A stretch of DNA of 52,429 nucleotides, the filler included, from Sphacelaria rigidula (taxonomy: Eukaryota): assembly GCA_964200075.2 (NCBI GenBank). It is 4 parts of 4 records of this genome, joined end to end, with 100 filler letters (N's around TTAATTAATTAA, not from the genome) between each part and the next. Parts side by side here need not be neighbours in the genome. Positions count along the whole stretch, not along the records: positions 13,137 to 26,170 come from CAXNAA020003217.1; positions 26,271 to 39,300 come from CAXNAA020003218.1; 2 more parts are not named here. One strand, given 5' to 3'. Each line of letters opens with the position of its first letter. The stretch's first letter is position 1. Shown here piece after piece: positions 22,201-35,399 of this stretch. The notes below the pieces were generated by a model. It had not been told where the DNA came from, did no database searches, and was given only the letters and a program-made list of their open reading frames with translations. The position numbers and the translations under genes are program-made.

Positions 22201-24666
22201 GTTGGCCACGCCAATACCATCCCCCCTCTCACCCGCTACCCCAGATACAACCCACAGCCGCTTTTTCATCTCCAGATGTGACGGAAACAAAAGCGAGAGA
22301 GCGAGATGACGGGTCAACAAACCAAACACGACAAACAAAAAACAAAACGAAAACAGAACAATAACAATACGAACAGACAGTACACCATCCGACGAGGGGT
22401 CATTCTCCACAAGTGTATCTTTCTCTTACCCTTCCCCCCATCTCCCCCTCCTTTGCCTCTCGATCACCCACTCAAGACGATTCTATCATGATCATACTCC
22501 ATATGATCATCGTCTCTCTCTCTCCCTCTCTCTCTCTCTTTCTCGCGATGTTTTCGTGTTTTCATGTCATCCTCCATTCTTGCTGTCGTTGTAGGGGGGA
22601 AGGGTGCAGAGGGGCAGCGTGCTGGGGGGAAGAGAAGGGAAGGGGGGACGAAGGGGGCGCGGGTGTTATCCTCCACTCTTCTTCTTACCATCCTTTTTAG
22701 ATCCGCCACCACCTCCAGCGCCCTGAAGACCCACTACGGCTGCTCCGGGCATTAAATAGGCCGCCTGGGGTTGACCCGCCGTCACGGCTCCAGTGTTAGC
22801 AGGGATGGCGGCATAGGTTTGTCCCGGGACTTGAAGTGGTGATGATCGATGTGCATGTTGGATTTTATGCGTGTGCGGTGAGGCGCGATGGCGTGCGGAC
22901 AAGACAAAAAAAAAAAGACAGAAGCAGGCGCGGACATAAAAAGGTGTGTGAACTTGATGGTGTCTAGATGCGGTAACAGTAAGTTCGGGGAAAAAATAAG
23001 GGAGCAACAAACATCGATTATCCAGAGAAACAAACCAGTGAAGAAAAACAGAAATCAAACAGTATTGAAACACACGGACACATGCACACACCCACACACA
23101 GCCTGGAGGATGACACTCCCTGGAATATCACAATACGAACACACTGGAGGATGACACACGGCCTGGAATATCACATTACATGCACCCTGAACGAGGGGCC
23201 CCATATCGGGAAACGGTTGCACCACCGCCTATACTAACTCCAAGACCGCTTTGTATGGCAGCCAATTCCGAATCTGTCGGGACCCGAACTCTGTGCCAAA
23301 TCGGGGGGACCCACATTCGTGAAACTCAAATTCGCATGTACCCCTGTATGGCTTCACATATTTGTTGGAATTGCTCTGAACACGAACGGTCATTTTTTGG
23401 GCGGATGTAGTATCACAGTGAAGCCGAAGGACAGGCAGGCAGGGAATCATCCTTCAAGAGCAGCGTCGTACCGTGGTCCTCTAGGGTATATGATGTAGTA
23501 CAGTACGCTCCACAATCACAGTACACGATAATGCTGTGTGGTAATACATGATGGTACAGTCGGCATTGCGAGAACAGTGCACAGTGTGCGACAAGAGTTC
23601 ACCAGTATTCATCACCCTGCAACAACCGCGACAGCAGCGTGTAGGATCGTATACTTTTGTACCGTTTGTTATGATGATATATATACAATAGCAGCACAGT
23701 GCATGAAATTTTTGCCATCACCGCAGGGTACGCCGTCAACACTTCTTATCCGGGTGTCAAACCCCGTGCGGAGCTGCTCCAGCAGCCGGCGCTCACAGGC
23801 ACTGTCTGTGCTGTCACGAGACTGTCTGCTGCCGTTGCAAAAATACCAAACGCCTGTTGCCGCATCACTGTACGTCAACGTACGTACGTCAGTTGCTCCA
23901 GATTCGGGGGACCTCGATTTTCCACGGATTTGCGCTCAGATTCGTGTAAAACCATTCTCAAATCGTGACGAACGAATCTGAGCTTCCCCGATTTGGGCCA
24001 AATTGGTGTCCATACAACGCGTTTCCGGATATGACGTCCTCTGATCTGCATACAGATCCGTTTTTTCGACTGCAATACAAAGTGGTCTAAGTAATCAAAT
24101 GTAATTCACGTGAGATTAATACACGTGATGTGCAATGCAGAAACTACTATCCCCATATCCAGCGATCAGGGGGTACACCCCACCCCAGAGAATCGGGTCC
24201 CCCCCCTCACCTCCCTCACTCCCCTCCCCTCCTTCAACCCCAAGATGAGGTTTTTGCGACCTGGGGGGCGGTGATGCAGCCATTTCCCGATATGGGGCCC
24301 CCTGCTCTGGAGGATGATACCACACATCCTGGAGGATGACAATACACACCCTGACATACAACATTCACGCCCTCGAGAACGTCAACACACATAAATACCC
24401 CTGGAGGATGACCACATACACATACACATACACATACACACCTGCAACGAACTGCGACTGCCCTGGGTAGCTGCCCAACACCACTTGCTGCGGCACCGTG
24501 GTCATCTGCGGCTGCATCGCGGCTACGTGCTTCACACCGTTCTGCTGATTGTTGCCCCCGCCCTTGTTATTGCTGGGCGGGGTCTTGTTGGGATTCTGCT
24601 GCTGCTCCTGCTCCTTCTTGTCCTGGTGTTGCCCGTATCCGGCCAAGGCGGCCCCGCCAAGGGCAC
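16422..24666 (-). CDS. Unidentified spliced protein, Gly/Pro/Gln/Asn-rich and low-complexity (partial gene model)
   Basis: GC-rich open exons with AG/GT borders: 24442-24666 (ALGGAALAGYGQHQDKKEQEQQQ...), 22689-22829 (VPGQTYAAIPANTGAV...GGGGSKKD), ~21712-21782 (AVDSDERRARGVAGRWRFGISNA) and 16422-16800 (NNNNKKESKKESKK-polyG...EEPIGLWE). The first three join in phase; no domain recognised. Confidence 0.55.
17058..17372. mobile_element. MITE-like element with ~35-bp imperfect TIRs
   Basis: AACAACGTTTTCGTAAAATTGAGAGTTG pairs with CAACTCTCAATATCACGAAAACCTTGTT. The left end recurs at 26100-26170, at a contig end. Confidence 0.65.
17624..17896. mobile_element. 273-bp MITE-like element
   Basis: Perfect 16-bp inverted repeat GACACTTTCTACGATA / TATCGTAGAAAGTGTC, extended inward by a C-run plus A-run facing a T-run plus G-run. 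Confidence 0.7.
19700..20260 (+). repeat. ~90-bp tandem repeat array
   Basis: About 5-6 diverged units (ACGGTAAC...CT-rich tract...CTGGGTCA...CATGTC). Units at ~19970-20062 and ~20063-20163 are nearly identical. Confidence 0.7.
20700..20912. mobile_element. hAT-like MITE
   Basis: TIRs CAGGGCTCTTAACGTTACACGTCACAA / TTGTGACGTGAAACGTAAAGAGCCCTG. The flanking 8-mers AATACTTT and AATATTTC match 6/8 (degenerate TSD). Internal hairpin at 20731-20789. Confidence 0.75.
23185..24312. mobile_element. ~1.1-kb non-autonomous TIR element
   Basis: GGGGCCCCATATCGGGAAACGGTTGCACCACCGCC (~23195) is inverted relative to GGCGGTGATGCAGCCATTTCCCGATATGGGGCCCC (~24267-24301). A related right-end copy lies at 25240-25350. 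Confidence 0.6.
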
Positions 24667-26170
24667 CTAGTGAAGAGGAGACGGACGGGGAGATGGAATA
24701 AGAACAAATACGATATTGATTAATGAAGTGAATAACCACTGGTCAGACATTTACTGCTCACCCAGGTATCCAGCCGTGGTCACGTGGAAAAGAGGTACAC
24801 GAGGTTTGAAAGGAAAAAAAAACGAAAGAAACAACTCATGAAAAAACCAAAAGGTGGATCAAGGAGACAAAAAAGAATAGACTGAAAAAAGAAATCAGAA
24901 AAAAATTAACTAGAAATAGCTGACCTTTGCAGCATGGCTTCAGGTGGAAAACAAGTTTCGCGCAAAAGCACACGCATTCCGCGACGCAACGGCTTGGTTG
25001 ATCGCTATATATATTTATAGGTGTAAGACTACTACCCCTAGGTGGCCATCATACAGCACTGCGACACAACACATGGATAGGTTGCAAAGGGGACGTTTTA
25101 TTATTTTTCACCATTTGATGTTATCATTTATAATTCATTATGACTATTTGTTATGTATATTGTTCATTATTGATGGTTCATTATTATTTATTTATTTAAT
25201 TAGCTCAGCACAGCAAGTACTATCGCCATCATCCAAAGATCAGGGGGGTACCCCCCATCAAAGTTGGGGTATCCCCCCCTCCTCCTGCCACAGAATGAGG
25301 TTTTGGCGACAAGGGGGCCCTGGTGGCGTGACATTCCGATGTGGGGCCCATTGCATACACACTTCACACTTCCACAACCCTAGAAAATGACAATAAATGA
25401 AATTGTCAAAAATTATACAGCGTACAGTATCGACTATTGCATCTATTGCATATTATACGCAGTACACTTTTTGACAGTGTACAATGTAATCTCGCGTCAT
25501 TATCCATGATGGGCACACGTCACGCTCACATTTTCACACACACAAACATAAGGCCGGTGAAGAGTCATTCTGGCGTTTTGGTTTTTGCTTGTTGTCTTCT
25601 TTTTTGTCCCTCCAATTCAGTCGTCCACCAGCTATAAATCAAATCGGAACCATGAAACGAAAAAAAACGCCAAAATCACTCTTACTCACCGCACAGTTTG
25701 CACGTTACACTCCTTACGTTCACGTTTCACGTCAAAAGTCGTCAAAGTGGTCAAAACTTGAGCCAGGCCCGTACTACGGTGGGGGATGGAACCAGGTAGG
25801 GAGCCCTTATTTGACTTGACGTTTGCCTACAACACTGTATCACGGACTACTGCTCGTACCTCGGGATAAATACGACGGACGCAGGTTGCCCAAGATGTGT
25901 CCGAGTGGTCCCGAGTTATAGAGGAGTAGGCTAACATGTACATGGCAGCCTGGACGAAAGTACGCCACGCTAAGAAACTTTTTGCTGTGCTTCCACTAGA
26001 GATCCCCCAGTGCCTACCGAGGACCCTCAAAAAGTTACCACTAGACCATCGGGTAGTACACTCACCAATTAGTACGTCTGCCGTTCCTTCAAACAACTGT
26101 GAACAGTGTTTTCGTGAGATTGAGAGTAGATGATACGATTGAGAGTGAAAAGCGGTCAATCAGTGAATGA

Positions 26171-26270
26171 NNNNNNNNNNNNNNNNNNNNNNNNNNNNNN
26201 NNNNNNNNNNNNNNTTAATTAATTAANNNNNNNNNNNNNNNNNNNNNNNNNNNNNNNNNNNNNNNNNNNN
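26171..26270. other. Artificial contig spacer
   Basis: N44-TTAATTAATTAA-N44. Confidence 0.98.
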
Positions 26271-26710
26271 CGGCAGCCCGCTTGCCTAGCTTACGTAGTG
26301 AGTGGCGTGTTTTACAGCGTCATCGCCAAGCGACGCCAACGGGGGAGGGGGGCGCTTGACTAAAACCTAGGACCGGTTCCGAAAGAATACCCGGCATACC
26401 CTTGTTGCATGGCTTCCGGTAAGGAAACCGTACAAGAACAAGACAAGACAAGATAAAACGAAACAAAACAGAAACCGAATTGAAAAACGGAACGAAACGA
26501 AGCGGAACGAAGCGAAACAAACCGAACCGAAGGGATGGAAGAGGAGGAAAAGAGGAACTAGAGACACGAGTGTCCAGGCGGGTGCCCTTTGGGACGTTAG
26601 CATTTCAAATGAACATTGCCAATGTGCGCCAAACCTACCTCAACCCGTCCCGCAAGATTGCCGCAGCCTCCATGGCATGCGAAACGTTGCGAAGTGGCCA
26701 AAACGTAGCT

Positions 26711-27063
26711 ATCCGCGGAAGAAACTCTTTGCAGTGACACACCAGAGGTTGATGCCACACATGTATCAAGAACAGGCGCATGCAGGTACGGGGTATTCAC
26801 GACCCGAAATAAATCGAACACCCCGGACCCTGTAAAGCCGATCCCAGACAACACGAGGTGATGCCAGTACGAGTCCGATATTATGGGGGCCAAGCATTCC
26901 CGAGGGAATGGCCCGTCTTACGCGGCCCACTCTCAGGTCTGGCCCACTTCTTGCCTAGATCTACAAAAGAGACCATCGCCCAGCCTCAGAGTTCCTTGGG
27001 CATCAGGGCGACATCGACGACGACAGTCCTAGGTCTCTGCTTACTCGAGCGATACACCTTTCA
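26711..27063 (+). repeat. 5' LTR
   Basis: Direct repeat of 34241-34600, immediately followed by a PBS. The first ~30 bp are more diverged. Confidence 0.9.
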
Positions 27064-30000
27064 TATTGGCGGCACCAAAAAATAGCTTATGCAAGACAGA
27101 CCGTAGAAGAAAAAGAAGCACCGAGCTCGACTTCCTGCCATGATGAGAAAAAAAATCGGCTCCCAAGGAATCCGGCCAACAAACCTGAAAGCCCGCGGAG
27201 ATCAACCCGGCCAATCGTCCACCCAAGCCTGCCGTTCCATCCACCACGGCCTCGGCGGTAAAGGCTTCCAAGTCAAATGACACAGTCCAATCAGCTACGG
27301 CTGTGTCGGCTAAAGCTTCGACGTCAACCCAGTCACCAAACCGCCGTGAGCAAGATGAGGACGACTGCGAGGATTTCGACGATTCTGACGACTTCAATCA
27401 GAGTGTGGATATTCGCCATGAATCCACAGGACGATAAGATGTTTTACGCGACTCATGGACAGTTTCCCCTACCTCCACGCCAGCCCCAACTCCACCGTCT
27501 ATCATGGGGGAGCGAAAGCGCGCAGCGCAACTTGCGTATAAGGCGCTGGAGAGGAGTGATGCAGAGGGGACGGAGCCAGCTCCGTGGGTCATGCAGGCGC
27601 TAGGATTCGCAGCGCCTCAAGACAAGGGAATCGCGCAGGTATCGCCGTCCTTCAATCCCGTAGCATCAGAAATCGAACACTCAAGTAACAGTAGCGTATT
27701 GCAGAGAAGTATAGCTGCTCCCTTGGATAGTGTCAACGAGTCGGTCGACAATTTCAATATCGCACCGCCTCATACTACGCCAACCCCATTCACAGAGAGC
27801 CCTCGTACTTCGACGTTTGACCCGCCAATAACCCCCACAAACTATCGCACAAGATGATAACCACAACATAAAGACTCTGTCCGGTCCAGTACTGATGCCG
27901 CCAAAAGCAAGCCACCGGAGCCCCACAGGAACTCAAACATTCTCGATAAAACAGTGAGACCTCCCGCCAACCTTAATGCTAGAAGTAGACGGAGCGAAGA
28001 CGTACCAACAATCCTGACCGCTTTTCTCAACCGAGTTCGGATACAGGCCCCTGACGACTGCGCTGAATCCATCGTACGATGCCATATAATCAAGCACTTA
28101 CCACTAATCCTCCGAAGATCAGCAGACAAGCTATAAGCTGCACTGGGAAGTGGAAATGTTGAGTGGCGATTACAAGCGGTTGTACAGGACCTCTAATCGA
28201 GGGGAATACATACCTCGCCCATAGCCCCGAAAACATGGACTGAATGGGTTGCGGCCTGCACACATCGTTTCTCTCCACCAAACTGACTACCATTAATAGC
28301 TCGCGTAATAGCCGATCTTAAACCGAAAGACAATCAGAATGTAGACGAATTCGCGTCAGAACGTACAAGTTCTATGGAAATATTCGTGACAGGAGCCTTA
28401 CGAGTCAAACTCCCTGGCCATGACGCGCTTCGCTTCATTGTCGACGTGACCACAATGGCAGCGCTTGAGGCAGGGCTTAAGACTCACATCAGAGTCGGAA
28501 TGGTAAGAGAGGGTGGCACTCTAGACTTTCAGACAGCAACAACAAGAGCAAAAAGACACAAACGGAATAACCTCCGCACATGGCCGAAAGAAAGTGGGGA
28601 CACCTCTCATGTCTTGGCCACAGCTGCAAACTCTGCACGTCCCCAGCTGGCTGAAAGGACAGCCGATTACGCCGCGATTCTCACGTACTTTCAATCCCAC
28701 TTGAAAGTGATCAGAGGAGAAAGAGGATGTGCCGAGAAACGAGCTCCCAGCAGAGACAGGAGCATTCGTAGAGCAGGTGGAGAGTCGGAAAAGATCCGTC
28801 TCAAGGATAATAGTGTTAACAGTACGAATAATGATGGGCATACTAGCGTAAAACCGAAAAAGTCGAATCCTTGTGAGTACGCACCCTGTAGGTACAATAA
28901 CACGTACGAAACAGCCGACTGCGGCCTCATGCAGAGCCACGTAGAGTTTGCTTAAAAAGTACACCCCATGAAGACGCCCAAGGGAAGATCTCTCGTCTGA
29001 ACAGGGCAGAAGCAGTAAATCTTTACGTACAAAACCGAGGTAAACGAAAATATACGAAATCGTCAACCCTCTGGTTGGCAAGATTTGAAAGTTTCATTTT
29101 TCTGAGAGTACAGTAGACCTACCACGAACAGTACGTAAGACGTCTCGGGCGGCGGTCAACAAAGTACAGAGTGGGCGAGAACAGAAGCATAGCAGCGACA
29201 AGCAGAGTACAGATAGCGCATCCGTCGAACAGACGCAACGTACGTTTTTGGCTCCGAAAGCAGCTTGTGTGGGTAGCTCATCACACGGAAATAAGAAATC
29301 GAAACAGCAGTCTTTTTCTGAAAACCGGATCTTCAACGGTCACCGGTATGACCCATCACTAGCCAGGTGCACTCATACGCCAGCACCGTTGTCCTGAGCA
29401 TCAGTGCGTGCTAGAGTCGCAGCTAGAGTAAATGATACAACCGTTGATAAAAAACATCGATTCGGTGGCCAATGTACCATATATCCGCAAAACAGTCATC
29501 AATTAACATTCAACATTTCATGCAGCTAATATCAAACCAGTATCGCCAGGATCTATCGATCTCAGAAGCGCGGGCGGTTCACCGACAACAAAAATAGGAT
29601 TCATTCGTTTCGAGCTTTCGTTGGGAATGAAAACCCTACCAGGTAAGCGTTTGTACTACCTAACCTAGGCCCGGATCGCTCATTAGTAGAGAACTCTATA
29701 AAGAGCAGCTTCGGAGCGATACTAGACTGGCAAGCGAAAGAGCTGACATTTCGCGACTCTACAGTCAAACTCAAAGCAACACACCGAAAACATGGTTCAA
29801 ATAATCCAACACACTCCGAGGCAACGCATTGTTTTGTGGTTGGTGTAAACGGTTCCATGTACCCCATCCTGGTCTTTCTCACCAAACATGCAACGTGCCA
29901 CCGCAGAGCGAAATGACAGCCTTAGTCGAAACGAAGAATCACCCGTTAACAACAACACCAGCTGTCGTGGAGCCACGCATAGTAACCAAGGATGACATTC

Positions 30001-30327
30001 GATTGCCTGATGTACCCAAGCCTTCACGCGCATAGTTGTCGCAAGAACAGTATGCGCTTGGTCGGCAACGAATAAAACGGCAATGGTACAAACCACCAGC
30101 CCGTTGAACCGACATATAAACCTGAAATCCAATACGATATTAGGCTGTATCATACCTGTACAATAGACACAACCGGTCACAATCGACGCCATTACAGGCG
30201 AAAATAAGTAGGTGGATAGCGAAACAAGGGGAGATTTACGTGCAGCGTTGCGAAAACTTTGGAAAACACGATTTTACCCTCAAAACATTGCTAAAAAATA
30301 CTGGATCTCTGCGCAAAATACCGTTCC

Positions 30328-33300
30328 GTGTTTTCACGTACCCCGCAAGAGTTGGGCTGTTATGCGTTAGATGAAGCACATCTTCCCCTCAAACCCGGTA
30401 CGCGACCAGCACATCGAGCTCCATACAAAGCAAACTCCAGAGTACAGGGCGCAATTGACGAATGCGTCGACCAGATGGAGGAAGGCGGTATAGTCAAAGA
30501 ACGCCCCAGCCCTTGGGGATCAGCGGTCACAAAAGTAGCAAAGTCAGAAGGAACCGCCCGTTTTTGCGTGGATGACCGAGCAGCAGGAAATACGAACTTG
30601 ATTCGCCGGTCATTGTCCATGCTGGCTATCGATAGATATGTTGACCCGGTAGGAGGCGCGAAATTCAAAACTGTCTGCGATGTACAGAGCACATTTCGCC
30701 AGATACCGGTGATGGAAAACGAAAAAGAAAACTCAAAGGGGTAAATGGGTGTTTAACCGCTCACCATTTGGTCGATCATGTTCACCCTTTATTTTTCGCG
30801 CATAATGGCACTAGCTTTTGCGCAATTTGGACCCAAAAGAGGTTTACTAGTATATATGAACGATATCATTTGTTGTTCATCCAACTGGGAAAGTCACATC
30901 GCTCTACTAGAAAGCACTTTCAAAGTATTGCCAGCAGCAGGTCTCACGCTCAAACCATCTAAGATTCAATTCGATCCTGAACAGTCAAGTACTTAGGTCG
31001 CGCACTGTCTGCACATGACATCAAGATGGGTGACGAGAGAGTAAAAGTCATTCTTGACTTCCCAAAACCCACCAACATTGGAGATTTACGATCAGTGCCC
31101 GGCACAATAAATTTGTGCGGAAATACATACCACACCTGGCTACAGTCATAGCATCACTGGTAGATCTCACAAAGAAGCAGCGGCGAAACAACTGTCAAAA
31201 CTCTGGAATACCGAACATAACGAAGACTTCGAAAAACCAAAACAAGTAATGACGGAGGCACCCGTCTTTCTTTTTCCAATTTTCACTGAAGACTTCACGA
31301 TAAACACCGATGCGTCAGACTGAGAGGCGGGAGCGTTCCCATCCCAGAAGAAGGATGACGACGACGCAATCGTAACATACGTTTAGTCAATACTTCAACG
31401 ACGCTCAACCTCGCTATTCACCAACCATGAAAGAATGCTATGCTGTCGTATTAGCCATACATCATTCCAGACTGTTTTTGTGGGGCCGCTGCTTTACATG
31501 TGCAACTGATCGTGCCGCACTTCAATATCCCTACGCAATGCAAGACACGAGCAACATGTTGACCCGTTGGGCGATAGCTCTACAACCATACGAGTTCATA
31601 GCCAGACACAAACCGAGGAAGCTTCATGTTACTCCGGATACTCTTTCTCGCCTATTCGCTTTTGACCGACAGCAAGAAGCGGGAATTAAACCGCTGCTGA
31701 CTCCAATATGTCGTAATGTGCCAGAATCCCCCGCGTTGCAAACAGCCACACTACAACGCCAGTTTCAAGTATCAGCTGATAAGCTCGAAACGTTACAACC
31801 AGTACAAAGTGACAGATAGCTGTTTACCGTGAAATCAGTGTACGTAAGCGCCACAAATGTATTCATTTCAGTCGACCGTGAAAAACTGCAAAAAGGGCAA
31901 GCACTCGAGTACGGACCTCACATCCAATATCTCACCGAAGAGAATGCTCCAATACCAGAAAGGAGTCGATCACTTTCATGTTATACTTTTCAGTACAAGA
32001 CGGAGTGCTATTTAAATCGTACCTGCCTGGAAACATGAAAAAACGAAGTGCCTTCCGTAACCAACTAGTGTTACCAAAGTTCTTCGTCGGCTTTGTGCTA
32101 CACTCATATTACGATCATGCCGAGGTCACCTGGCGTTCAAGCCAACGTATCAACAAATTCGACAAAATTACTGGTGGGTGTCAATGAGACGTAATATAAG
32201 GGATTCGTGCCCTAAATATCAAGGTTGCCAACGCCAAAAAACGGCCCACACTCGCCCAAAACTACCGATGGGCCATACGAAAGAGTGTCGGTAGACCTGG
32301 TTGAGTCGAAATCATCTTTGATGTCAAACGCTAGGAGTACTATGTAAATATGTACTGTCCATAATGGATCACTTCACCAGGTATGCTCTGCTTATTCCGG
32401 TGCCGAATGAAGAGGTTACGGCAACAGCCAAAAGCCTCGATAATAGAGTGTTTACCACATTTGGCATTCCGGAAAAGCTGCACTCCGACCAAGGCGCCGA
32501 ATTTGAAAACAAGCTAATATACGCACTGCAACAAGAATTGGGTTTTAAGAATACTCGCACGACATCGCTACGCCCAAGTGTCAGAACGAGTCCACTCTAC
32601 AATGCACGCGATGCTAGCTATGTATATGTCAGTTAGAAACAAAAATTGGGGGTCCTTGCTTCCTTTCATGCAAATGGCGTACAACACGTCACACCAAACA
32701 CCGTGCACGAGACACCGTATTTTTGAATGTTCGAAAGGCAGCCCAGATTGCCAGTTGACATCATCCTAGGCATACCAGAGGAAAGCCAAGCAGCAACACC
32801 CGAGGAGTTCACGAAAGAAACACGGGAGAACTTACAGTTGGCATTTGAAATTGCGAGGCAAACGCTACAAGGAAAGGCGGATGAGCACGAAAGCAAGAAC
32901 AAACCATCAAGGTTTACCCAGTGTTCAATCCCGGTCAAGCGGTAATTCTTTACCGACCCTACCAAGACTCAGAAGGTCCAAATCCGAACCTCCAAGTACT
33001 ATGGAGAGGGCCCTTTACAATATGCTCGAAACTATCGCCGGTTGTTTACAGAGTCAAATTGGACGATAAGTCTAAAGAAGTGTCAGTACACCTCGCTCAC
33101 TTAAAGACATACCGTCCTAGAGCGACCACGCTAGCACCGGATTTCAATAAGTTGAGCGACTTGTTTCTAGCCAAACGAATTACTCTACCAGAGGTAGACC
33201 ACTCAGACAAAATGGTACCTGAAATAGAGCGTTATGTTGTGGGAAAAGTGGTAGGCCACGCTCGAGGACCAAGTCGGAGAAGTTTGCATAACTATAAATA

Positions 33301-33349
33301 TCGATCGAAACTTGAAGACTACGGCTCAGCAGCTGACCAAACCTACTGA
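30328..33349 (+). pseudogene. Gypsy pol pseudogene (RT-RNaseH-integrase-chromodomain-like)
   Basis: Broken ORFs 30328-30744, 30778-30996, 31427-31819, 31978-32187, 32364-32636, 32578-32769, 32727-32945 and 32921-33349 carry consecutive pol motifs, separated by frameshifts and stops. Confidence 0.9.
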
Positions 33350-34240
33350 GCTAATGAAGTACCACAGTGTAAACACCTCACAAATAGAAAAGATAAAATA
33401 ATAATAATGATAATTAAGATATGTACCGACATGATAAAGGGCTAGCAGAGGACTCACAACCAAACCTACAACCCCAAAACTCTAGGAAACCGAACCGGTT
33501 GTGACTGTTCAATAGTCCAATCCAGCATCCTAGCAACACGCTCAAGGGTGAACAGTGGACCAATGTCACCACTCGGAAACCAATGAGAAAACACACATAA
33601 AAACGAATTTAGAGTAATGCAGACATGAACGGGAGAACATCTGTCATGTCAGCGGCGAAGAGGGTGCCCTTTCACACGAAGACATCCTTTCCGCAATAGG
33701 GGTAGTTGCTGACGAGAAGCAAGGGTTATTTCAACAATGTTTCGCCAAAGAGCACAATGCTCACAGGATAAAAACATCATATCCACTGCTTTGTCACTAA
33801 CGCGAGGACCTTGTCCTACTCAGGTGACAGCGGATCCGAAGGCATCCCATGGTCCGATCATGAAGAACCCAGGGGTCTGAGGATTGAAAAACATCCCAGT
33901 TCCCAATCATGCATTTTCCAGCAGACGTGAACAGCATCAAAATGTAGATGAATCTAACGGAAATAGCTCACACATGATACAATTGCATGGCACAAATACC
34001 GAAATCCGAGATTTCGCAAATACCCGCACTGCCTATGACCACTGGTAGCTAAAACTTTCTGGAGTTGTTAACTCAACGCCACAGTATACAGAAGGATTGC
34101 CTTTTTGATGAGTAGTGGCGTGACTCAATCAATGATTAACAGTGAAAGGCGTTTTCACGAAGACATCATCCGCGAAGCAGATTATCGCCTCATCCCACCC
34201 GCCACAGTCCTGATAGGCTTCAGGAGCATGAAGAGGGGGG

Positions 34241-34600
34241 TGATGTGGAAGACACCCCTTTGCATTGGCACATCAGAGGTTGATGCCACACACGTATCAA
34301 GAACAGGCGCATGCAGGTACGGGGTATTCACGACCCGAAATAAATCGAACACCCCGGACCCTGTAAAGCCGATCCCAGACATCTCGAGGTGATGCCAGTA
34401 CGAGCCCGATATTATGGTGGCCAAGCATTCCCGAGGGAATGGCCCGTCTTACGCGGCTCACTCTCAGGTCTGGCCCACTTCTTGCCTAGATCTACAAAAG
34501 AGACCATCGCCCAGCCTCAGAGTTCCTTGGGCATCAGGGCGACATCGACGACGACAGTCGTACCCGTAGGTCTCTGCTTACTCGAGCAATACACCCTTCA
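34241..34600 (+). repeat. 3' LTR
   Basis: Preceded by a polypurine tract; has TG...CA termini; direct repeat of 26711-27063. Confidence 0.9.
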
Positions 34601-35399
34601 TATACCGAGTTATTTTTTTAATCAGTACATATATACTGTGCCGTTCTTGCGTATGCATACACACAAGAGATATAGTCTGCTGTGCAGAAGTGCAGTAAAG
34701 GGGGCAGTAATACACCGCCCACACACTATTGATAATGCAACCCCATGCAAGGACACGTGTATACAGCGAGAAGCCGCACGGTACCGTCTTTGATGGCATG
34801 TGTGTCGACAAAGTTCCGCTGTTTGAGAGTTGTTCAGTGTATGCGATTTTGGGTTGTTTTGGTTGTCCGTCGACTACGGGGTTTTTACGTGTCGGGGACA
34901 CAGACATCGCAGTCAATACTCCCCATCAATCATCATAAAGTATTAAGCGTGATTACATGAGACTTGTGGTTGGCAACTACTTAAAGTTCAGCGTTGACAT
35001 TGAACGGCTAAAACTCATCGTCGATCATGATGCTATCCGAGATATGAAATATTCAAAATTAGGGCAGAAATGTTCAATAATATTTTGGCCGCAAGGTGAG
35101 TAGTTCGAACGTTGTCAGCGTCGTTCCAAAGACTCCGCCGACCTTGGATGAACTCTGCATTGGCGCTCGTTGCCAACTTTTGGCCGCATAATGCAGGTTG
35201 TAGCTTTTGGTCAATGTCAAGCACAAGGTACCCCTCTGCCCACCGGTGGAGAGAAAGAGAAGAAGAGAGCGGAAGGGGAGGAAGAAAAAAAAAGAACCAG
35301 AAACAAGGAGATACTATGAAGAGAAAAAACAATCAAGAATATAGCTCAACCTGCGAGCCGAGGGAAGATGTCACGGCCGATAAGATGAGACAGGGGTAA

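Larger units (their letters stand above)
26711..34600 (+). mobile_element. Ty3/Gypsy LTR retrotransposon (chromovirus-like), nearly full length, coding region decayed
   Basis: LTRs at ~26711-27063 and 34241-34600 (TGA...TCA in the 3' copy). PBS TGGCGGCACC at 27067 and PPT AAGAGGGGGG at 34231-34240. Fragments run in Gypsy order: gag-like (~27140-29000), protease remnant (~29450), RT (SPWGSAV..., RFCVDDR, LLVYMND), RNase H (NTDAS, KECYAVVLAI), integrase (DHFTRY, LHSDQGAEFEN, WRGPF) and a chromodomain-like tail. Confidence 0.93.

Noticed and set aside
26858..27085. Duplicated small ORF MMPVR..YGGQAFPREW (again at 34389)
   Set aside because: It is just the two LTR copies translated, not a gene pair.
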